DNA from: Azolla caroliniana
Lineage: Eukaryota; Plantae; Polypodiophyta
Direction: 5' to 3'
DNA length: 64,000 nt
NCBI GenBank assembly: GCA_043228905.1
Contig: JBHGNT010000022.1
Coordinates: 2,852,001-2,916,000, forward strand
Below are positions 26,304 to 37,800 of the stretch, piece after piece. Both the position numbers and the translations under genes were made by a program. The notes under the pieces were generated by a model. It saw only the letters and a list, made by a program, of their open reading frames with translations, ran no database searches and was not told where the DNA came from. Each line of letters starts with the position of its first letter. Position 1 is the stretch's first letter.

Positions 26304-26966
26304 TGTCGTGATGTGGCATGTCTAGTGCGAGAAAAACTCAAAAATTGAGGATCCACACACATTTCACGAATACTTGTAAAAATGAAAATAAATAAACCTA
26401 GGTCACAATGGCATTGAGTGCATGTAGAGGGTTGCAAGTAGGATTTGAACCTTGCACCTCTAAGGTAAGAGGCAATTACCTTACCACTAAAGCTACTACT
26501 AAGTGCTTTAGATGTTCTATATTTCTTTCTCATATTCAGTATTCCGTAGGAAACAAATGAACAAAACCGTGTACACAAAACCACGGTTTTAAGCCCATGG
26601 TTTCCTGCATGTCACAAAGCAAAACTATGTGCACAAAAACCATGGCTCCAAGCCCATGGTTTTGTGCATGGAAAAACCTATAAAACCCCTAGTACGGCTT
26701 GTGTAAGGGGGGGCTCAATATGATATGACCATCATCATCACCATCAATAATATAAGCTTCTATTTCTTCTTCTTCGCATCTATCTTGTAATTATTTATCT
26801 ACTTCTGAAAGTGTACAATCTTCAATCTTCTCAAGTGTAATAGGTCTTCTTCCAATCTTACATTCACATCGTCCTCTTCTCAATACCTTGACGGACATCC
26901 TCCTTGGTCCAAGACCCCGGTGGTCCCGCTCAAGCGAAGCACGCTCGCACGCGCATCTTCGCGACA
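26304..26966 (+). mobile_element. Solo LTR (663 bp) of the Trp-primed gypsy lineage
   Basis: TGTCGTGA...ATCTTCGCGACA; TSD ACGT/ATGT; U5 motif GACCCCGGTGGTCCCGC similar to the 12215/18487 and 13449 LTRs; TATAAAA at 26679. Confidence 0.82.
26429..26497 (-). promoter_or_regulatory. tRNA-derived Pol III-type module (A-box + B-box) within an LTR U3
   Basis: Minus strand TAGCTTTAGTGG...GAGGTGCAAGGTTCAAATCC, homologous to 14019-14087. Confidence 0.7.
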
Positions 26967-29100
26967 ATGTATAGACTCACAACTACATTTATGCCCCCTA
27001 CACATACACAACATCATGATAACATTCGACCCTCACTCATCACACTTGACTCTCCGTACATCTCGTATGGAGTAACAATAAGCTCTTCTTCAGCCGGCAC
27101 ACCAGGTGCTCCTTCCCTTTCTTCTCAAATCATTCCGGTTGCTACATGTAGATTTCTTCCTCAAGTTCACCATGAAGGAACATCGTCTTGACATCCAGCT
27201 GCTCGACCTCGAGGTCCATGCTTGCTGCTATGCTCAATACCGTTCGGATTGATGTCATCTTTACAACCGGGGCGAAGATCTCATCGAAATCCACACCTTT
27301 CTTCTGCTGAAACCCCTTCACCACGATCTGGGCTTTGTACCTTGGTGGATTTCTGGCATCTCCTGGTTTCAGCTTGTACACCCACTTGTTCCGGAGTGCC
27401 CTCTTTCCTTTCAACAACTCCATCAGCTCATATGTATGGTTCTCATGCAGGGAATCCATTTCATCCTACATGGCACTCAACCACTTGCGGATGTGGGTGT
27501 CTTTCTTTGCTTCTTCGAAGCTTTCCGGCTCCCCTTCATCGGTTAACAGCACATGCTCTGCATCTGGAAATCTCTGGGGGGGCTTTTCTCTCTCTTAGAG
27601 GATATCTCCATTCTGGATTTCTAACCAACGATTCCTCCGTTTCCTCCGAATCCGAATCCGATTCGAGGTCTTGTCCAGTTCCGGTGTCTTCTACTTCTTC
27701 GTCTTCAGTCGGTTCAGTTTCTTGTCCAAATCCGGTCGGTTCATCGAGTATCATCCGGTTACTAACTAACTTTCGGTTTTCAACCGAGTAATTCCTTGTG
27801 TCATCAAACCGGTTTTCATTGGTTGATCCGGAGTCCATCTTCTTCTTCTCCGACTCCTAGTCGGCAATGGTCTTGTATTCTATGAAGACTATGTCCTAAC
27901 TCTAGAACACCTTCTTGTCAACTAGATCCCACACTCGGTAACCGAACTCATCGTCGTCGTATCCAAGGAATATGCATGACCAGGACTTCGGATCCAACTT
28001 TGCTCTCTTGTCCTTTGCGACATGCACATATACAAGACACCCGAACATCTTCAGATGCCAGTAAGACGCATCTTTACCGGTCCATACTCTTTGTGGTGTG
28101 TCTCCTTCCAAGGGTGTTGAGGGTGATCTGTTAATCATGTACGTCGACGTCATCAGCACCTCAGCCCAAAACGTCTTGGATAACTTTGCATGTGCTAGCA
28201 TGCTTCGGACTCTCTCCATTATGGTTCGGTTCATCCTTTCAGCCAGGTCGTTCAATTTTGGCATCTTCGGCGCAGTCAATTCAAGTCGGATTCCCTTCGA
28301 CCGGTAGTACTCCTCGAACTACCCCAGGTATTCACCTCCGTTATCTGCTCAACCTGCCTTTAGCTTTCGGCCGGTTTCCCTTTCCACTCTCGCATGGAGC
28401 TCCTTGAAGACGGACAACACCTGATCCTTCATCTTCAACGGTGAGACCCACAACTTCCAGCTATGATCTTCTATGAACGTCACGAAGTATTGCGATCCAG
28501 CATATGACTCTGTGTCTACTTGACACACATCGGTATGCACCAGCGCCAGTGGTGCATTCCGTCTCATCAGTGGTCTTGACCAAAAGGAGGTTCGATTTTG
28601 TTTGCCGTCCAAGCAATCAGTGCACTTCTCACGATGCACGGCTTTAACCTCCGGAATGAGGTTATCTTCAGCAAGTCTTCTCATCCCCTTCTGGCTCATA
28701 TGACACAGTCTCTTGTGCCACAGCTCACCGGCATTGTCGGATGCTACGTTCACTACTTCCCGGCATATCCGGGCGTGCATCAGGTACAGCGTGTTGATCT
28801 TCCAAGCTCGCGCCACAATTAGGCTTCTCTTGCTAAACGTCATGACTCCATTCTAGATGCTACCCGTGTAGCCTTCATCATCTAGCTGACCGTCTTATAT
28901 TAGGTTTAACCGAACCTCCGGAACGTGTCGGACATCTTTTAGCAACAACTAGCATCCGGCTGATGTTGTCAACAACATATCTCCTATGCCGATGATTCGG
29001 CAGGTCCCTTCATTCCCCACCCGGACACAACCGTGATCTCCGGTTGTGTAGGATGAGAAGTATCTCTGGTCCGGTGTCAGGTGGAACGACACTCCAGAAT

Positions 29101-30780
29101 TGTTGGTCAGTGGCGGCCAAGTATGGAAGGAGGAAGAGGCGAGCTAGTTCCTAGAGATATAATTAAATAAATAAGAATTATGTTAGGAACAGACGGATCC
29201 GGAAGAGGTATGCCAATTCGGATCCAGACTTATTCATAGCTAATTGCAGGTTAGGCACCATTTTGTAGCACAGATCGGATGCTTATAAAAGGATCCGGAT
29301 ATAATTGTATGAACGACATAACATTAATATAAGAGCATGTTGTTATTGTCTATCTGATCTTTATTCCGTCCTGTGTTTAATGTATTGATCTTATGCATGT
29401 AACACTGTGTGTTGTGAATCGGATCTCAACCAGACGTTAACCGGTTGAAGCCTATCGTGGTCGCCAAAACTGTGTTACTTGTTAACTCTTAGGGCCGGAC
29501 AATGGCCTAACACAGGGTGTCTACGGAAGACACTTCACCAAAGGGTGTTATGGCAACAGGATTAGACTCAACGATTAATCCGACTTAATTAAGTTACTTA
29601 GCATGATCGTCTTCATAATCACACGCGTAAGATATAACAATTAAGGCAGAACGGCAATTAACACAGAGAGATAACAACACTAAGCTTTATTAATTAACCG
29701 TTGTTCATTACATTGTATCCGGGCCTTTAAATAGGTTTCCGGTCTGTATTACAAAACGGTGCCATCCGCACCTGTTCGGGATCGGTCCGAATCCGGAACG
29801 GCATACCGATTCCGGTCCGTCCGTCCTCACTCATAGCTTAATTACAACCACATTCCTACTACTTAAATAACTCCCCGTTTCACACTCTGGACTCCTTTGC
29901 CGGCCGGTAACATTACTCCTTGGCCGGACTAGCCACTAACACAGGGTGAGCGTAGATGGTCGGAGGCGTCACGAAGGACAGCGGCGATCAACATAAGTGA
30001 TGGAGAGCAATCTCCAGGGCAGCCATCGAATGCAGTCGGAGCCACAGGAAGGCAACCGGATGTAGCCAGAATGGATCAACCGGGAGAGACCGTATCGGAA
30101 CAGCCAGCAGAAGTTGAACAGGAGCAACGGGAAGCAGAAAGAGAGAAGCTGAGAGCAGATGAAGCCAGAGAAGATGCAACTGCCAGAGCAGGGAAGTAGC
30201 AGCTATAGCAGCCAGAGCAAGAGCGGCAAAGCGAGGAACCCCTCGAACCTCTTGATCAGAGCATTCTAGACATACTTGATGAAGAATAGTGGAGCTAACC
30301 CATGGGTTCGACGTACAATGTATTGTCCCATGGGCATGCCATGTGTTGGCCAGTGGCGGCCAAGTATGGAAGGAGGAAGAGACGAGTTAGTTCCTAGAGA
30401 TATAATTAAATAACTAAGAATTATGTTAAGAACAAACAGATCTAGAAGAGGTATGCCGATTCGGATCTAGACCGATTCATAGCCTGTTGCCGGTTAGGCA
30501 CCGTTTTGTAGCACAGACCGGATGCTTATAAAAGGATCCGGATATCATTGTATGAACGACATAACATAAATATAAGAGCTTGTTATTATTGTCTATCTTA
30601 TCTTTATTTCGTCCTGTGTTTAATGTATTGATCTTATGCGTGTGTTGTGAATCGGATCTCAACCAGACGTTAACCGGTGGAAGCCTATTGGAGTCGGAAA
30701 TCCTTACCGCAACCACCCCTTTGGTGAAGTGATCTGGAAGGACACCCTATGTTAGTGGCTAGTCTGGCCCATGAGTAACA
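29101..30780 (+). mobile_element. Internally deleted two-LTR element (LTRs 29101-~29455 and 30344-30780) with an Arg-type PBS, inserted in copia protease
   Basis: TSD AGAAT/GGAAT; long direct repeats starting TGTTGG(T/C)CAGTGGCGGCCAAG; inverted U5/PBS piece TGGCGACCACG. Confidence 0.8.
29480..29912 (-). mobile_element. Solo LTR of a related family in the opposite orientation
   Basis: TSD TTACT (29475-29479, 29913-29917). Its reverse complement aligns with 30344-30780 (GGCACCGTTTTGTA; CACCCTTTGGTGAAGTG). Confidence 0.82.
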
Positions 30781-32172
30781 GGAATTAACAACCCACGTTG
30801 TCTCGTCACCGACAAGGTTTAACTCATTCTCCTTGGTGATGAGCAGCAATTCTTCTTCACTTGTCGCGATTGCCAACGTTCCCTTCCGATCCGAGCCTTT
30901 TTGGTCCAAATTCTTCTTCAAATCGGCATTGTCGGTTCCTTTCTCTTTCCGGAAATGCCGAAAGTTCTTCTTGAAGTGCCATGGCTTCCCACAATAGAAG
31001 CAAGTAGGCCTCCCCCTTTACTTCGACCTTGTCCCCGACTTTTCCGGTTCCGGTTTCTCCCTCGTTGTATGTCGGATTCAGAAATCAGAGATTTTGAGTC
31101 GGAGATCACTTCCTTGTCTTTCCAACGCGCCTCTTCATCTAGCAAGCTCGACTTCACTCTTGCTAGGGATAATTGCTTTCCTTCTAGCCCGACGTTGCCC
31201 AAAGTGACAACTAGCGTCTCCCAGCTACCCGGGAGGGAACTAAGCAATAACAACGCAAGTACCTCATCGGCCAGAGGTACTTCCAACGAGGTGGCTTGAT
31301 TTATGAGCCTCTGGAAGGCATTCATGTGCTCCGCCATACTTGAGCCGTCTTGATATCTGAGTCTCACCAGCTTCCGGAAAACCGAGACACGATTCACGGC
31401 ATTCTTGTTTTGGAACATGATGCCTACCTTCTCCCAGAATTCATGAGCCTTGCTTTCTTCATTGAAGTTGTTGTACAAGCTCATGTCGATGAAGCAACCG
31501 ATGTATGCCGTGTCTTCATGTGCATCACCTCCCATGTCGTGGCATCGATCTTGTCCAGTTTCTTGTCCCCGAATTGTACCGGCAGCCAGAGATCTTTGAC
31601 CATGAGCATGTCCCTCATCTTCGACTTCCATACTAGGTAGTTGGAGCCAGTGAGCTTGAACATGCTTCTAAATGACTCTTCCATTTTCTTGTTCGCTCTG
31701 ATACCAATTTGTGAGGAATAGCATTCGGCCACAACCGAGACTCAAACACTTTACGAAAGAACAAAAAACAAAAATGGAAGTTCATACACTTACACTGAAG
31801 AGACGACACAGGATGTTTACGTGGAAAACCCTAACATGGAAAAAACCACGGGAGCCCACAAGCTCCAACTATCACTATATGAGGAAGGAGGTACAACAAG
31901 AGACTCAAAGGCAACGACCTCGAGCTCTATGTCTTCGCCAACCGACGGTTACAACAGAAACTAATTATGTATCTCATTCTCTTTCTCTTTCTCACGTTTG
32001 TTGTACAACGATGATACAACAACTCACTATAAAGTGATTGCCCTAAGTCATATTTATACTTATATGACTTTTGGGCTATTTACAAATATAGCCTCAATAG
32101 TTTGCACCGGATCCATCCGGATTCACTCAATCCGGTTTCCGGGTCTCATCTGGAGGGACCGAATTCCCAACA

Positions 32173-32503
32173 CACTCTGATACCACTTTGATTAGAATTC
32201 GACTGGCCACAACCAGTTATCACGTGTGTATTGTGGCGTGCAAAGATCAAGACGACAGTACATAGACAAATAGAAGACAAAAAATGAAAATACAGAGACA
32301 AGTATTTTTAACGTGGATAATACAACTTTAAGGCGCACATAAACATATTTGCTAATATGTCCCTTTCCGGATCCAGTCTCTCTTTTTCCTCGGATCCAAC
32401 TAATCTAGCTCGCTTTCCTTCATTCAAAGCTAGTTCCTCAAACTCCAATCCGGCTCGTGCTCTCCTTCCCATCCAGAGGGACTTGTTTCCTAACAAATCC
32501 CAC
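32173..32503 (-). mobile_element. Second, more diverged copia PBS + LTR (32189-32495) directly abutting the 31710-32172 LTR
   Basis: CTCTGATACCA at 32175-32185; the LTR shares GGCCACAACC, TTTACGTGGA-like and CCAGAGGGAC...AACA motifs with its neighbour. Confidence 0.65.
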
Positions 32504-33199
32504 TTCTTTGTTGTCTTATATTATTATAGTAAGATTGAGTGAGTGTGTTTCCTTAAAGACAAAGTTCAAGGAGAAGTTGAGGCTCCACAAAGGTTGGTTT
32601 ATAAAGAAATATGGGCTTGTAAAGGAGTTGAACATAAAGATAAAATGACAACAAATTGATTGAGGATGATATTTTCTTTCAACTAAGTTTTAAAATTTTG
32701 TACCCTCAAAAGAAGTTGTGAGATGACTCCACATTTTCTTCAACAAAACAAAGTGGTGAAACATCAAAATCAAACTAATTGTTGAGATGACTTAGTGTGT
32801 TGTCAAATGAAAGAGCTTGGATGCAAATATATTTAAGTAAGAAGGCATCGGCCACATATATGAAAGCATGCAAACTATCTAAGTTTTGAACAATACGTAA
32901 GAAGAGTTTGAGAACCATGGAGAAGCAAGCAAAACCGAAATGTGTGATGGATCAAGTTGCTAACTTTGTACTCATAGTGGATATCCTTGAAGGCAATAAC
33001 GAGCCCACTTTGTGAAAAAGGCAATGATGGGATCCAAGGTAGAAAATATTTCACATAACTAAACCTCAAACTTAGTTGGATTGACTAAACAAGAAGTTTG
33101 TCGACACGAAGGGGGTATCAAGAAGACTAAAAGCAATGTTGATGGGTATATGGATAAATACACATACTAGTAGAAAAAGGGACCATTGTTGGTATTAGA

Positions 33200-34826
33200 A
33201 AGTATTATAAGCATAACCTTAATCACATTTCTCTAATCTTATGGTTAGGTGTAGGTTAATTCATAGGGAGCAAAGGGTAAGGATTGAGTTATTCTCAAGC
33301 CTACAATGGGAGAGATAACTTTAGCGTCTTTCTACACTTGGCCATTTATAATAAAGCAATCGATTGTGAAATGGACAAAGGCTAGAGTTTTAGTCTATAT
33401 AAGAGGGGTAGATACCTTCATAAAAGTGATCATCTTTATTACTTGGATAAAAACTCTAATAATGTGGTAAAGCTCTAGCTTCATACACATGTGATTCATT
33501 CTTCTTCAAACACAAGGTACAATCCATGTCCAAACTTGGTTGTATCAAACACTAATTGGGACTCGGATCTGTCTAACGTCCTTTCTACCTTATTTTCTCC
33601 TTAATTTTGCTTAACATTAATTGAGATTCTCACATTTGGTATCAAAACATGAATAATGGTTTCTTGTGTTTGCTTCCTTTTTAATGTATTTCTTAATCCT
33701 AAAGAAACTAATGTGTTTTCTCAATCTAGGAGCATGCAACTAAAGAGCTTTGATATTCCCTGTTTCTCTTTTGTTTTGTTTTATTTTCAAGGATGTAAAG
33801 ATTTTTTCTTTCTTTTCCCTTAACTACATATGGTGTTGGCCCTATGTGTAAATGTTACATTAAGTGTGGATAATTGTATATGTTGGTGTGTGTTAATGTG
33901 ACGTTTTTGTCTCCTATTGAACATGGGTGATGTGCCATTACCAACAACATGATACCCCGTTTAGGGTCCTTCGCCATGGCAACCACCTTGCCCCTTCGCC
34001 CGTCTCATCGCGGACATTTTATTGTTTGTCATATTCATTTTATATTTTAGGCTGTTGTAAAGATTGTCAATCCCACAAGGCAACCCGCTTTGCAAGGCAA
34101 CAACAAACAGTGCACTCGGTGCCGTTATTGGGCATGCAACGCATGCTAGAAAGAATTTTCTATTCTAAAACTTAATGTTTTTCATCCAATAATATTCAAT
34201 AGTTTAAATTTAAATGGAGGGATGGTTCTATTTGAAGATGCTACCTAAGAGCAAGAATATTCTCTTAAAATTAACTTCCCTAATTTTTCATTGCAAGAGT
34301 GCAATTTTTTGGAGAGGGAAGTATATTATGAGTATAATCGTAACTATAGTTCTCTAACTCAATCCTATGGTAGGAGATAACTTTAAAGTTTTTCATCACT
34401 TGACCACTTATAATAAAGCAAACAAGTGTGAAAGAAGGGCCTAGGGTTTGAGCACTTCATGGAAGGGATCATCTTTATTATTTGGATAAAGACTCTCACA
34501 ATGTGGTAAAGCTCTTGCTTCAAACATGTGTGCCTCCTTCTTCGGATCCAAGGTACAATCTATGTCCAAACTCGGTGGTATGGGGCATCAACAAGGGACT
34601 TAGATCCATCCCTCACTTCTAGTAGAGGGTGGCATGTGGTTTAATGCCCTTTCGCTTGCCTCCTTCAAATCCAAGGTATAATCCATGTCTGAACTTTATG
34701 GTATGGTGCATCGGCATAGCACTCAAATCCATCTCTCACCTTCACTAGAGAGTGGTCATGCGGTTTAATGCCCTTTTTTTCTTATTTTCTCCTTAATTTT
34801 GGTTAACGTTAATTTATATTCTTAGA
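33200..34826 (+). mobile_element. Old, internally deleted chromovirus (LTR-PBS-~0.7 kb-chromodomain remnant-PPT-LTR), related to the 1-909 element
   Basis: Diverged direct repeats ~33200-33634 and ~34324-34826. PBS-like TTTGGTATCAAAAC at ~33635. Segment 34200-34325 aligns with 331-460 (TTGCAAGAG(C/T)GCAAT...GAGGG..AGTAT). Confidence 0.7.
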
Positions 34827-37800
34827 GCAAGCCCATCCACGTGACATTTAGTGTGGTAGATGGGCTCGTCGTTAAGAGTAAGAATAACCTACTGTATTAA
34901 AACAACGTGAAGCGAGTTCTAGAGTTAGGACTCCACTCGACAATTAGGTTGTACTGGTGTTTGCTCTTTTAGAAGGACCGAGGTAGAACTCCCACTTGTA
35001 TTGAATCATGTGTTGTATTCACAATTCAATGCTTTCCTATAACATATAAGTCACTATCTTCTCTATTGTTTTGTCTTTGTTGGTTATTTGTCTACGCAAC
35101 CTCTTTTTTCCACATGATAATTACCATGTTGCACTAGAGGAACACATGACAAGAAACGGTGTTAATTATACCTCTCTCATTTGATTTCTTATAAATACAA
35201 AATTTTCCCCAACCAAAGAAACATTTTATGCAACACATGCAAGACAATTTTCATACATTTCTTTTTACTCCACATACTTGATGCAAATGTTCACCAATGC
35301 TTTTCATGTTTTAGTTGTTTCTATGGAGAAGCTTGTCAATGCCCTTAAACTGTTAGGAGTTAGGACCATATGTGTTTTCGATCACTAAACAAGAGTGCTA
35401 GCAAAAACTTTAAAGTAGGATGTACTTGGGTTTGCATATGCAAATGAAGATTCATAATTTATAACAAGTGAAGAATGTGGGTGTTATAGATACAAAATGT
35501 AAAAGGTGCGTGGAAGATGTTTAGTGCCCCTAGGACAATTGCAACATTCCACAAACTCGCCCAATTTGTTTGAATAGAGTCTTTTTATATCTTATTCATC
35601 CGTAGATTGACATTATGCATTGTCTTCTTCTAATCATGTCATTGCATAGTGATGTTCTACAAGGATATATAGCTCCAATAGCACCCTAAATGTACATCAT
35701 GAACCCTTGTTCATTGGTCAAGTGTATCTACTATTACATTAGACCATTGTCCCACCTTTAGACCATTACATATGCATCTTAATAGTAGTTAATGGACTCT
35801 CTTCTATTCACTATTTTCTTTTTATTAAGGCTACACCTAGCATTAACCTATGTACCCTACTTATGCGCCACTACGGAATGTAGGGGCCAAATGCGGGATG
35901 CATGTTTGAGCTAAAATCGCTTGGGCTCTCTTACTATGTTATAAGCTAACACTAATTTAAAAGTTTGGTTGCCCAACAAATGTAAGGATCATCACTCCAA
36001 GTGTAAATTCAAAAGATGTCTCAACATCAATAGACACAATGCCAATTGTTTGGCCTTCAAAGTACCACTTTTTCTCTTAGTAACACAATGTTAATGATGA
36101 TATTGAGTGCCTGAAAGACCACACATGTAGATGCTATGGAGCATTATACCATCTTGGAGAAATACAAACACACACACACAACTACATGTGTAGTAGTTGA
36201 TTTCACATACAACTCAAATTTGCTTTTTACAAGTTCAACTTCTTCACACATCTAGAACATGAATAGGCTTAAAAGAAGGTTGTTTGTAAGTACGCTTGCG
36301 ATATTCCATTCCTTCAAGAAAATCTTTTCAGAAATGATTTTTACCTATATCAATGTGAAACAATTTTGTGAAAACCCCACACAAGCGCGATATTGTACAA
36401 TTGCGAACATCCACCACAATTATTCGCATTTTCACTTATGCATATTTGGATAGATCATAGAATGTATGTTATTTATAGCATCCTTCTATTCTTTTGTTTT
36501 TTTGGGTGAATCATATTGCTTGTGCAATTGTGCAAGGTTGCCCATTTAGCTACCATAAAAGCTATTTCAAACTTATGTGCGCCATTATGCTATTCACATG
36601 CTCTCAAACATTGTAAATGAAGTTCTTTGGAGACAAATAATCTTGAGTTAGGTGTGGGAAGGGAACACTTGATGGGGTGCACTACGCCAATGAAAGAGTT
36701 ATTCGAGGATTTTCATTGCAAGTATATTATTTGCTCGAGCCCTAAGACACTTGAAACCCACATAACATAAATCATGCCCAAGAGCAAGCAATCTCTCTGT
36801 TTGCAAAATATCGGGATGGCACATGTGGTGGAGCTCACTCATGCCTAAAAGAGAGTTTTAGAGCATGGGAAGGGGGCACTTGATGGGGCCCACTATTTGA
36901 CAAGACAAGAGTTTTTCTGGAAATGTTTAGACATGATAGTAAGTCATTTTCTCTTTGTCTTTGGAACACTGTTTTTAGGTCCCATAGGCTATATAGGCCA
37001 TGTCACTAGCCTCCCGAGGACGATAATATATCATGATAGTAATCTCTCACATTATCTCTCATTCTCTTTGGTCTGATGGCTCATATTTGACCTCTTACAA
37101 GACAAGACAATAACATATTTAACCCTTGGGTTTTGAAATGTGATTTTGTAAAGCCATATACTAATAGGCTATAGCAAATTGTTGGTGTGAATTATCTCAA
37201 GCTATAAATGTGAAGATTTTTTTCATAATGAGCCGTCCAAATCCATTGTTTGAGAATGAGCCCATAACCTTAATTAACATTGCATAAGAGGAGCTTTATC
37301 GATACACAATCAAACTCTTACAATTCACAGATTTATGTTGCACCTTGCGAGAATGGGATGACTGTAGTCAATGTGATCTGTTTTAGGAACCCTTGGGTTG
37401 TAGAACTAAACATGTGATGGACCATTGTAACAATGCTCGAAAACCCACAACCTTAACAATGTTGTATTGAACAATGCTAACCCAAAGGCCTTCTTGTTTA
37501 TATGTACATTTACATATAAAGAGTTTAACAACATAAGATCGTGATTCCATAAGCAATAATTTCTTTCACGTGCAAAACAAATTCTCTTGCATTGTGCTTG
37601 AATATGTAATGTCAAGTTTTGAATGTCATTTTGTTGTTATCATTGAGCTAGCAGGGCCTATCTGAACCCTTTTGAGTTTTGTCGATGCCATATTGATAAC
37701 TCAAACAGCTCTCAACTTCATTCTCCCATGGAGCCATTGCATTTCTTGATAGTGTCTTTGAGGCAAGGAGTATGTATGTGACTGGCATTTTAGGGTTACT

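Larger units (their letters stand above)
25898..27077. mobile_element. Solo LTR inserted in copia RT, itself hosting another solo LTR
   Basis: 5-bp TSD ATAAG (25893-25897, 27078-27082); ends TATTG...TAACA; interrupts LKKSLYGLKQA. Confidence 0.8.
25690..32172 (-). mobile_element. Ty1/copia (Tnt1/Tork-like) element lacking its 3' end: 5' LTR 31710-32172, Met PBS 31695-31706, gag, protease, GAG-pre-integrase, integrase, RT
   Basis: GCTCTGATACCA PBS; gag KLTGSNYLVWKSKMRDML; WVVNSG; LWHKRLCHMS; LVHTDVC; AERMNRTIMERVRSML; RT QLDVKTMFLHG. Carries two nested insertions. Confidence 0.88.

Noticed and set aside
29101-30780. DIRS/Ngaro-type tyrosine-recombinase element (split and inverted repeats)
   Set aside because: Explained by ordinary TG...CA LTRs with 5-bp TSDs, one nested inverted solo LTR and a small inversion; no YR ORF.
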